Positions 9,429-17,587 of a stretch of DNA of 64,000 bases are shown piece by piece. The stretch is from contig JBEKOM010000007.1 in the NCBI GenBank assembly GCA_049521795.1, positions 1 through 64,000 of the forward strand, given 5' to 3'. The notes under the pieces were generated by a model, which saw only the letters and a program-made list of their open reading frames with translations, had not been told where the DNA came from and did no database searches. The stretch's first letter is position 1. Each line of letters starts with the position of its first letter. This stretch comes from Candidatus Bathyarchaeia archaeon (GTDB taxonomy: Archaea; Thermoproteota; Bathyarchaeia; Bathyarchaeales; Bathycorpusculaceae). Both the position numbers and the translations under genes were made by a program.

Positions 9429-10778
9429 TCATGCCTCCAAGCCCTGGTTCTGATGCCGTTTTCGGCTCATCCTCGCTTCCACGGTCTCCTTGGAGACCAT
9501 CTCAACAAGCCGCGCCTGCTTTCCCTCAACCTTTCTGAGCAGTCTTCCAAGCCTTTGAACGTACTCTCGTGCGCTTCCCGTTCCGCTGAGGATGAAGCCC
9601 AATGAAGCTTCAGGAACGTCCACGCCTTCATCGAGAACCTGAGAGGTCACTACCACCCTGTAGCTTCCGTTTCTGAAGTTTTCCAGGATCTCGCGGCGCT
9701 CCTGCTTCGGCGTTTGATAAGTCACGGCAGGAATCAGGAACCTGCGACTTATTCTGTAGACCAGGTCATTGTGCAGCGTGAAGATCAGCGTCCTCTCACC
9801 CTCGTGTGCTTCAAGCTGCTTGGCAAGCAGGTCCAGCTTTGCCTCGGAGTTCAAAGCCACTCTCACCGCGCGGTTTCTGGCCAGAAGAGCCTCTCGCGCC
9901 CGCTTGTCTCTTCCAGTGCTCATTATGAACCTCTGAAAGTCCTCAGCGTTCCTCAGAACGATCCCGTTCTCCCTCAGATAACCGTTGAAAACGCTCATTT
10001 CATCATCGTAGATCCGCTGCTCCTCAGGAGTCAGCTCAACGTAAACCTTCTCATACGTGTAGGGCGAAAGATGCTTTCCCGCCAACTCTTCGACGTCCAC
10101 GGTGTAGACGAGGTCGCCGACAAGGGCTGGAAGAAGCGAGTGCCTTTGGTCGCTTCTCTCGTACGTCGCCGTCAGACCCATACGGTAAGGCGCAATGTAC
10201 ATCTCAGCGATCTGCATGTAACCCGGCGAAGCCAAGTGGTGAACCTCATCGAACACCACGAACATGAACCTGTTGCCCAGCACGTCGGCCTGCAGATAAG
10301 CCGAATCGTACGTGGACACGGTCAGCATCCTCACCGTGGATTCGCCGCCGCCCATGGTTCCCGCTTCCACGCCGAAGCATTCTTGCACTCTTCTTTTCCA
10401 CTGGTCTATCAGGTCTAGCGTTGGAACAACGACCAGAGTCTGCGTCTTCAACAAGCTCATTGCCTTCAAAGCGATGAACGTCTTTCCAGCCGCGGTCGGT
10501 AGCACGAGAATTCCTCGCTTGCCGGCCCGTCGCCATCTAGACAAAGCCTCGCTCTGGTATGGACGCAGCTCAACCCCGCTGCCCAGAGGTTCGACGGGAG
10601 GGAGGTTCGGAACGCTGTCCCTAAACTGAAGCGTGCTTTCCCTCAGATAGGACAGCACGTCCCGGTAATGCGAGGCCTTGACCCTGTAGCACCCTACTCT
10701 TGGGTCCCACTTTCCGTAAGGAGTCCCAACGTCCCCTCGCAGCAGAAGGGTCCCCTTGTCAAACAACAAATCGATCAT
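9429..10778 (-). CDS. xpb: XPB/Rad25 SF2 helicase
   Basis: LRPYQ, LPTAAGKT, FDEVHH, GLTAT, VLDEGVDVP, QRLGRLLR. Confidence 0.93.
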   Translation of the reverse strand: MIDLLFDKGTLLLRGDVGTPYGKWDPRVGCYRVKASHYRDVLSYLRESTLQFRDSVPNLPPVEPLGSGVELRPYQSEALSRWRRAGKRGILVLPTAAGKTFIALKAMSLLKTQTLVVVPTLDLIDQWKRRVQECFGVEAGTMGGGESTVRMLTVSTYDSAYLQADVLGNRFMFVVFDEVHHLASPGYMQIAEMYIAPYRMGLTATYERSDQRHSLLPALVGDLVYTVDVEELAGKHLSPYTYEKVYVELTPEEQRIYDDEMSVFNGYLRENGIVLRNAEDFQRFIMSTGRDKRAREALLARNRAVRVALNSEAKLDLLAKQLEAHEGERTLIFTLHNDLVYRISRRFLIPAVTYQTPKQERREILENFRNGSYRVVVTSQVLDEGVDVPEASLGFILSGTGSAREYVQRLGRLLRKVEGKQARLVEMVSKETVEARMSRKRHQNQGLEA

Positions 10779-10794
10779 GCGTCAACGACGACCT

Positions 10795-10989
10795 TATTCT
10801 CGAATCGACTTCAAAACCCTTTTGCCGACATAAGTCACGTCATAAGCTTTCTTGCAGTTCTAAAGGGAAACCGAGATGCCGCTCCGTGTCAAGCTCTTCA
10901 GAAGACGTGACAAACATGTGTCGAGACTGCATTGAGGGGATGCCTTTACGAGTGTCGCCGAAGTCAAACAGAACATTCTTAACCTGCAT
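10795..10989 (-). pseudogene. HAD-superfamily hydrolase remnant (frameshift, internal TAG, 3' truncated)
   Basis: MQVKNVLFDFGDT, then shifted frame VKASPQCSLDTCLSRLLKSLTRSGISVSL*NCKKAY, similar to the N-terminus of the intact HAD at 14762-15520. Confidence 0.7.
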
Positions 10990-11026
10990 CTTCACGTACT
11001 CTCTTTCCAATTTACTAGTGGGCGTG

Positions 11027-11057
11027 GAGTAAAGTTTTGTCCCCAAACCCCAAACCT
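11027..11057. repeat. Dispersed core site copy A (GAGTAAAGTTTTGTCC) plus CCCCAAACCCCAAACCT arm
   Basis: 14/16 identical to the cores at 29028 and 31078. The arm is the reverse complement of the AGGTTTGGGG flank at 29021. Confidence 0.6.
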
Positions 11058-11194
11058 TTTAGAATTGTATTATGTTGCGATGTATTATTTTGCAATAGCG
11101 CGCGCGAGAGAATTTGGGTAAGATTCTGAAAAAGTCTTTTAAGGGTTTGTCTAGAGTCGCTATTCAACCTTAGGTGTCTCGGTGAGGCCTCACG

Positions 11195-12517
11195 GTGTTT
11201 AAAACTATGTTACTAAAATTCTCGGCTGTTCTCTCAGTTGCGATGTTGGTGGTTCAATGTATCGTCTGTTTCGGTGCTGTTCAGATGGTTTATCCTGTGG
11301 TGGGTGAGGGTTTCACTTCTCCATGCACAATTGACACGTACGGAAACGCTTGGGAGGGCAGTCTGACTTTCAGTTTGCTTCAGTACGATCCAAGAGGGCC
11401 AGCTCTTGCCAGCTATTTGGTGGTCATGAACGCTAGCGGTGAACTGCTTTATCTTCGGGAGTATAATGGTGGCTCCCTCAGCGGCATCACGAAGTACGTT
11501 TCAAACGACACGCTTATGTTTCAAGCAGGGTGGTCAACGCAATTCTTGAATTTCGACACGGGACAAACAACTGACTTCCCAAACGTTAACGACTACCACC
11601 ATGACATTGACTACGATCCTGTGACCGGCAACTTCCTCGTTCTGAGGAACTACGTGAGGAATGTCAACGGAACCGATGTGCTTTACGACACTATCGTCGA
11701 GCTTAATGCGACTGGCTCAGTGCTGTGGACATGGGACACCTATGACCACTTGCCTCTTAGCTGGGCTGACCCTTACAACCTAACAACAACAGTTAACGGC
11801 GAAATCGTTGAAGATTTCACTCATTGCAACGCCATCCAGTGGGATTATGACGAGAACGTTGTCTACCTCAACTCTCGCCACCTGGACACGTTCTTCAAGA
11901 TCAACATGACCTCGGGCGACATTATCTGGGGCTGCGGTCTACACGGCAACTTCACGCTGCTAGACGCAAACGGGACTAAGGTCCCCAGCCTGTGGTACCA
12001 TAGCCACGATACGGAGGAGATTGCGCCAGACGTGTTCATGATGTTCGACAACGACTACCACAATCAAACAAACCCAGACGATGCACATAGCAGGATATTG
12101 GAGCTCACGTTAGACGAGCAGAACATGACGGCCCAGGAGACTTGGAGCTGGGAAGCTCCTGAACAGTACTGGAGCTACTATTGGGGGGAAGCTGACGTGT
12201 TGCCCAACGGGGACAGAATCGGAACTTTCGGAACCCAGACTAAACCGTACAACAGCAGCATCGGCGCGGTAATTGTTGAAGTGAGCCCTCAGGGTCAGGT
12301 AGTGAGAACTTGGACTTTCCCAACAGACTGGGGAATTTACAGAGTCGTACCAGGAACACTGGTTCCAACAGGCTCGGGTATTTACCCCGAGATCCCGCAA
12401 ACAGGAATCGTCGGAGAGTACAATCCTACACAAGCGATCCTTGCTATGATCATAGCCACATCGATGATCCCCGTCGTGGTCTATGGCAGAAGACGTAAGC
12501 GCGCACGCTACACCTAG
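11195..12517 (+). CDS. Arylsulfotransferase (ASST)-like beta-propeller, secreted, C-terminal TM anchor
   Basis: YHHDI, DFTHCNAI, LNSRHLD, YHSHD, FDN, LPNGD motifs. Signal peptide and TM + RRRKR tail. Confidence 0.85.
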   Translation: MFKTMLLKFSAVLSVAMLVVQCIVCFGAVQMVYPVVGEGFTSPCTIDTYGNAWEGSLTFSLLQYDPRGPALASYLVVMNASGELLYLREYNGGSLSGITKYVSNDTLMFQAGWSTQFLNFDTGQTTDFPNVNDYHHDIDYDPVTGNFLVLRNYVRNVNGTDVLYDTIVELNATGSVLWTWDTYDHLPLSWADPYNLTTTVNGEIVEDFTHCNAIQWDYDENVVYLNSRHLDTFFKINMTSGDIIWGCGLHGNFTLLDANGTKVPSLWYHSHDTEEIAPDVFMMFDNDYHNQTNPDDAHSRILELTLDEQNMTAQETWSWEAPEQYWSYYWGEADVLPNGDRIGTFGTQTKPYNSSIGAVIVEVSPQGQVVRTWTFPTDWGIYRVVPGTLVPTGSGIYPEIPQTGIVGEYNPTQAILAMIIATSMIPVVVYGRRRKRARYT

Positions 12518-12831
12518 AATACTTCAACTGCAAAACACAAATGCCCCTTATTTGGATAGGCTGAAACGTGAACCAACCTGACAAACACTTTTAGCCCCTC
12601 TAACTTGAAGAAAGGGATGAGATGATGTTGCCTCCGAAAATGAAGCTTCTCCTGTCGATCATTCTCATTAGGGCACGCTAGTTTCCAATGCTGCGCACTA
12701 TATTGTGGGGCACGCTAACCCTTTCAATAAGCACATAGAACAGTTTGTCCTCGTTGTTGTCAGGTGTCTGCATCTAAGGTCACGTAAACCTTAAGCGCAG
12801 CAATTAGGCTCTGATCATCCGGTGAAAGGCT

Positions 12832-13542
12832 TTGACAAGAGCGTTATACTTGGAGGACAGTTACCTCAAAGAGTGCGAGGCTGTCGTCGCTTCTGTTAAA
12901 GACGGAAAATACGTGATACTGGATCAAACCGTGTTTTACCCAAAAGGCGGCGGCCAACCGTGCGACACCGGCAAAATCATCCGAGGAAACGAGGTTTACA
13001 AAATCGTTTACGTGGGCAAGTTCTCGGGTGAAATCAGTCATGAAGTCGACCATGCTGGTCTAAAACAGGGCGAAAGGGTTCAATGCATAATCGACTGGGA
13101 CCGCAGGTACAGACTCATGAGAAGCCACACTGCCGCCCACCTGTTCGCTTCGCTTCTGTGCAACGGTACAGGGGCCCTTGTCACAGGCAATCAACTTGAA
13201 ACCGACAAAATACGTTTCGACTTCAGCCTCGAGCAGTTCAATCCTGATCTCCTTCAAAAATACGTGGATGAAACAAATCAGCTTCTCTCAAAAGACGTAC
13301 CGGTCAAATCCTACGAGCTACCTCGAGAAGAAGCCCTCAAGATCCCCGGCGTCGTAAAAATGGCTGAAGCCTTTCCTCCTGACATCCCTAGGCTCCGCGT
13401 TGTAGAACTCGTCAACCTCGACAAACAGGCCGATGGAGGAACACACGTAAGAAACCTCAACGAAGTTGGCCGAATAACACTCCTCAAGACCGAAAACAAG
13501 GGAAAAAATAACCGAAGAATCTACTTCACCCTAACGCCTTAA
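12832..13542 (+). CDS. alaXM: Alanyl-tRNA editing protein AlaX-M
   Basis: LDQTVFYPKGGGQP, RSHTAAH, ADGGTHV. Confidence 0.93.
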   Translation: MTRALYLEDSYLKECEAVVASVKDGKYVILDQTVFYPKGGGQPCDTGKIIRGNEVYKIVYVGKFSGEISHEVDHAGLKQGERVQCIIDWDRRYRLMRSHTAAHLFASLLCNGTGALVTGNQLETDKIRFDFSLEQFNPDLLQKYVDETNQLLSKDVPVKSYELPREEALKIPGVVKMAEAFPPDIPRLRVVELVNLDKQADGGTHVRNLNEVGRITLLKTENKGKNNRRIYFTLTP

Positions 13543-13658
13543 CACAGCAGACTTTCCTAACCTGCAGAGTTGAGTCCACACACCTATAGCGCGCTTAAAC
13601 GAAGGGCCAAGCTCTAAACATAAAGCCCAGTACTCCCTAATCTGCAGAAGACAGGATC

Positions 13659-13757
13659 ATGGAGAAGAAGACTGTCCTTTTTGTTTGCGCTGGTAATTCT
13701 GGAAGAAGTCAAATGGCAGAGGCTTTTTTTCAACAAAAAGAGCAACCATATCTCTGA
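13659..13757 (+). pseudogene. Arsenate reductase ArsC / LMW-PTP 5' fragment
   Basis: MEKKTVLFVCAGNSGRSQMAEAFF P-loop motif, then a T7 run and a stop. No downstream homology in any frame. Confidence 0.8.
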
Positions 13758-13882
13758 TACAATAGTGGTTAGAGTTCCAAGACAGAGTGAGCGTTATAGC
13801 GTTTCAAAGCTGAACTGTTTCTTCACAGCTCAATTCTGCTAGGGAGCAATCTTGCTTCGAGCTCAAACGAAACTGCGCGTGA

Positions 13883-14215
13883 TCATCTTTTGTGTCGTTC
13901 GATTCTTTCGTGTTTCTGCGTTTTCCTGCGCCATTCCCGTTTTTTCTGTGTTTTTATGAGAGTTCTCCCGTGATATTGCTGAGTCTCCTCCGTCCTGTAC
14001 TGACTTATGTTTCTGTAGAAAGTCGGGCAGTCTATCTCATTTTTCTGAAGAGCGGTAATGTTCTGGTTCAATTGTTTTTTGGTTTCAGCACTCGTGGCCT
14101 TGTCATAAGTGGTCGAGTACGTGAGATAGGCAGCATGGAACTGAAAGTCAGACGGGTTGTCGATCAACAACTTTTCCGGCGAAGCCGATTCTTTAGCACT
14201 AGGTTCTTCGGTCAT
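13883..14215 (-). CDS. Hypothetical protein with basic C-terminus
   Basis: 110-aa ORF, GGAG SD, protein-like composition. Confidence 0.65.
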   Translation of the reverse strand: MTEEPSAKESASPEKLLIDNPSDFQFHAAYLTYSTTYDKATSAETKKQLNQNITALQKNEIDCPTFYRNISQYRTEETQQYHGRTLIKTQKKREWRRKTQKHERIERHKR

Positions 14216-14504
14216 GGTTCTCCGAGCTTACTGATAGTTCCGAATACTGCGTCTGCTTTTAAGGATAACGCACGTAACCACGGCAAGATGCACAGCGTGT
14301 GACTAGGACGTACGCGCTCTCGTTGGAAATGCAGGACGTAAAGAACAAAAACGAGAAAACAATGCGTAGCGCATGCGCGTGCGATAGGCGCGTCAGACCA
14401 GCGAAAAACGCGAAACATGAGAACATCAACGCGCGAAGATCGGCAAAACCTCGAACATCGAAATAAAAAAAAGAGAAAAAAGAGATATTATTTTGTTAGC
14501 AAGC

Positions 14505-14669
14505 CTAGATTTTTCTCTTGCCCAGAGTTGACCTGAAAGACTTTCCGCAGTGTTCGAAGAGTCCGATCGTGAGCTCCGTCTTCTTGCCGGCTTTGTCTGG
14601 TCTACCTGCCATCTTCCAAGACTTCTTAGGAGTGCTAACTTCTTTTCCACATACGGGACATTTAGCCAT
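14505..14669 (-). CDS. creN7: Cren7-like chromatin protein with putative Zn ligands (54 aa)
   Basis: GKEV..PKKSWKMA...IGLF...GKSFR..L aligns by eye to Cren7 (GKEA..PEKVWALA...IGLF...GKYFR..L). Carries CPVC and HC. Confidence 0.8.
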   Translation of the reverse strand: MAKCPVCGKEVSTPKKSWKMAGRPDKAGKKTELTIGLFEHCGKSFRSTLGKRKI

Positions 14670-14761
14670 GGAAATCCCTTTTGAATGATTACATGCCATG
14701 AGCATAAAACACTTTCCATTGCTCGCTAGCCATGACCTGCTCCGACGGGTCTACATGGTCC

Positions 14762-15520
14762 TCATTTTTTCGGCCGAATCTCTCCGGCAGACTCTGGAAA
14801 AACCCTGCATAATTCACAAATGTCCTTCACTATCAAGTCCGGTTTCGTGGGACTTTCATGCACGTTCTCAAGAGTGTAGAACTGTGAGGGGACAAAAATC
14901 GTTCTCATCCCAGCCGCAGCTGCGCCTACTATGTCTTCAACTGGGCTGTCCCCGACGTAAACCGTCTCTTGAGCCTTCGCTCCAAGTCTGCGCAACGCTT
15001 CTTGAAAGATCTTCCTGTTAGGCTTGCGCCAGCCAACGTCTTCCGACACCAAGACAGCACTGAAGAACCTGTTGATACCCAGTTTTCTCAAGGCAGCGTA
15101 GATCACCGGTGCATACGTGAAGTTGGAAACTAAACCCAGCTTGTAACGCTTCGAAAGTCGAACTAACATCCGCCTCGCGCAAGAGTTCAGCTCAAGCGAA
15201 CTCAAGTAGTCCTCGAAGAAAACGTTAACCGCGGTCTTCACACGTACATCCTCCGGGCTCGTCTTGAACCCCAGGCAGTTCAGCGCGTCCGAGATCCAGA
15301 CGCCGTTCGTGACCTCAACAAGCTCTTCATAGCGTATCAAACGGTATTTTTCGTGCGCACGGCTGTACGCCCTGAGAAAGTCTTCTTCATCCACGGTGAA
15401 GCCCGCTTCAACTAATGCTTTACTCAGCTTTAGCGTTGAAGCTTCTAGGCTATAGTTCTTGACGCTGGTCAAAGTGCCGATGAAGTCGAAGACGACCGCT
15501 TTGATGTCAGCCAATTCCAT
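14762..15520 (-). CDS. HAD-superfamily hydrolase
   Basis: FDFIGTL, LVSN, KP..IF, VGDS..DI.GA. Confidence 0.92.
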   Translation of the reverse strand: MELADIKAVVFDFIGTLTSVKNYSLEASTLKLSKALVEAGFTVDEEDFLRAYSRAHEKYRLIRYEELVEVTNGVWISDALNCLGFKTSPEDVRVKTAVNVFFEDYLSSLELNSCARRMLVRLSKRYKLGLVSNFTYAPVIYAALRKLGINRFFSAVLVSEDVGWRKPNRKIFQEALRRLGAKAQETVYVGDSPVEDIVGAAAAGMRTIFVPSQFYTLENVHESPTKPDLIVKDICELCRVFPESAGEIRPKK

Positions 15521-15622
15521 TCCTTCTTCGCTTGGGAGACCACTGATGCCTGTGGAATGCCGATTCTCAAATAATAAATTTCACCTGCACAAAGCACTAA
15601 GTAGACGACAAACCTTCGTGGA

Positions 15623-16306
15623 TCATTCAGGACCACGTTTCGGTTTCAACTCGCCATCCTGCATCGTGTAAACAAGGTCTGCCGCGTCGACTATCTTTTC
15701 GTCATGCGTTGCCACTACGACCGTCGTCTTCTCTAGATGGTTAATGTCCTGGAGCAGACTGATTATTTCTTTAGCTGTTGCCGAGTCGAGCTCCCCTGTG
15801 GGTTCGTCGGCAATGATTATTTCAGGCCTGTTCGCGAGAGCCCTTGCTATCGCCACGCGTTGCATCTCGCCCATGCTCAACTGTTTTGGCCTGTGGTCCT
15901 GTCTGTGTGTCAGTCCCACGGTTTCGAGAAGCTTCATTGCCCTTTCCCGCTGCTCTTCTTGGGACTTGTTGACCAGTGACATTGGCAACTCAACGTTCTC
16001 CAAAGCGCTGAGCGTGGGAAAAAGATTGAAAGTCTGAAAAACGAACCCGATGCGCGCACTGCGGATCTTTCTGCGCTCACTAGCGGATAGCTGTGAGGTG
16101 TCAGAATCATCGATGAAGACTTCCCCAGAAGTTGGATAATCATTCAAGCCGATTAGATTAAGCAGCGTAGACTTGCCTGAGCCCGAAGGTCCGATGACAG
16201 TGACCAGCTTCGGCTCATTGATTTCCAGGTTCGCAGCCTTAACGGCTGTTATTTCGGATGAGCCTACTCGAAACGATCTTGTCAGGTTCACTGTTCGAAT
16301 CTTCAT
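15623..16306 (-). CDS. ABC transporter ATP-binding protein (LolD/MacB-like)
   Basis: GPSGSGKST, LSMGEMQRVAIARAL, ADEPTGELD. TGATG overlap with the permease stop. Confidence 0.93.
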   Translation of the reverse strand: MKIRTVNLTRSFRVGSSEITAVKAANLEINEPKLVTVIGPSGSGKSTLLNLIGLNDYPTSGEVFIDDSDTSQLSASERRKIRSARIGFVFQTFNLFPTLSALENVELPMSLVNKSQEEQRERAMKLLETVGLTHRQDHRPKQLSMGEMQRVAIARALANRPEIIIADEPTGELDSATAKEIISLLQDINHLEKTTVVVATHDEKIVDAADLVYTMQDGELKPKRGPE

Positions 16307-17490
16307 CAGTATTCCGCTCTTAGAACTTCGGCTATCCTCATCCTCATGGCGTTTGCCGCCGGAATTATCCCGCCGACGCAGCATATGCCGACGATAGCTG
16401 CAAACATTTCCAGCATGTAAAAGGGTGGCACAATCTCAAAGATGCTGGGGAAGAAAAGTGTAACAGGAATGCTCGTGTAGAGGCTTGCCAAAACGATGGC
16501 CGCCAGTGAACCGAGGGCTATTCCGATGACGCCGCCTAGGATACCGATTAAGGAAGTTTCTATGATGACTACTCGAAACACGTAGCTTGTTGGAGCTCCC
16601 AAGGCGTCTAGGGTTGCGAAGTCGCGGCGTCTCTCTGACACACTCATGATTGTGACGGTCATGACGAGGATCAGACTGATGGTGAAGACCACTGCTTCGG
16701 TGCCGATGGTCCATGTCTGCAGCTGCTCTAGAATGGGCTGAATGATATCGTTCCTCTGAGTCTCCGTCAAAGCGTTGACGTAGGTCAAGTTTTCATCATC
16801 GTTTATGGTCTTAGTTAAGTTCTGCTCTGGCACGTCCTGAACAGGCTTGACTGCAATTATGTTCACGCTTCCAGGATAATTGTAAACGCTCTGCGCAAGT
16901 CTGAGAGGCATGACCAAACAGCGATTCAGCAGGGCCATCTTCGTGTCCAAAACGCCAGAAAGTCGCAATGCGTAGCCGTTCACTTGTATCTCCGTGCCCA
17001 CGGTCCAACCATACTGATCTGCTAAAGAAGCGCCGGCCACAATTTCGTTGCTCGAATCATTCGCTGGAAAATGTCCGTTCTCCCTCAGCGCTATGGGTCC
17101 GAGTGCAAGCTCCCAATCTTCAACCGGGATCCCCATCGTGAAGTTTACGGGCACAGGCTGAACCAGTGCCTGAGATCCCACCGATGTTACAAACAGGACT
17201 GGAGTGACAGCGCTCACCCCTGCAAGGGCTCTTATTCGTTCAACTGTTAGATCTTGGGGCAACATGCCCCCGCTGATGGGAATGGCCTGGATCACGATAG
17301 CATCGTGGCTTACCACCGTCACCTGCCCGTGGAAAAGCACGTTCATCTCCTGAATCACCGTCGCATATCGCATGCTGGTGGCGCCTACAGCGATCACGAA
17401 TGTTGCCGCAATCGCAACTCCTAATATGCATAGTGCTGTTCTGACTTTTCTTCGAAGGAGGTTTCTGAAGCAGAACGTGAGTAGCCGCGT
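16306..17490 (-). CDS. ABC transporter permease (FtsX/MacB family), apparent ACG start
   Basis: In-frame RNLLRRKVRTALCILGVAI lies upstream of the ORF-track start. SVSERRRDFATLDALGA motif. AGGTGA SD precedes ACG at 17490. Confidence 0.85.
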   Translation of the reverse strand, partial: TRLLTFCFRNLLRRKVRTALCILGVAIAATFVIAVGATSMRYATVIQEMNVLFHGQVTVVSHDAIVIQAIPISGGMLPQDLTVERIRALAGVSAVTPVLFVTSVGSQALVQPVPVNFTMGIPVEDWELALGPIALRENGHFPANDSSNEIVAGASLADQYGWTVGTEIQVNGYALRLSGVLDTKMALLNRCLVMPLRLAQSVYNYPGSVNIIAVKPVQDVPEQNLTKTINDDENLTYVNALTETQRNDIIQPILEQLQTWTIGTEAVVFTISLILVMTVTIMSVSERRRDFATLDALGAPTSYVFRVVIIETSLIGILGGVIGIALGSLAAIVLASLYTSIPVTLFFPSIFEIVPPFYMLEMFAAIVGICCVGGIIPAANAMRMRIAEVLRAEY

Positions 17491-17587
17491 TTACGGTCAC
17501 CTAGGCGGTTAGTCTTGCGTGAAAACTATATAAGCATTGACAACGGATGATTATACCGCTAAGTCAAATTGAAATGGAGAAGCAAGT

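Noticed and set aside
10860-10862. Pyrrolysine/TAG read-through in the HAD remnant
   Set aside because: The same gene has a frameshift and truncation, TAG is a common true stop here, and no pyl genes are in the window.
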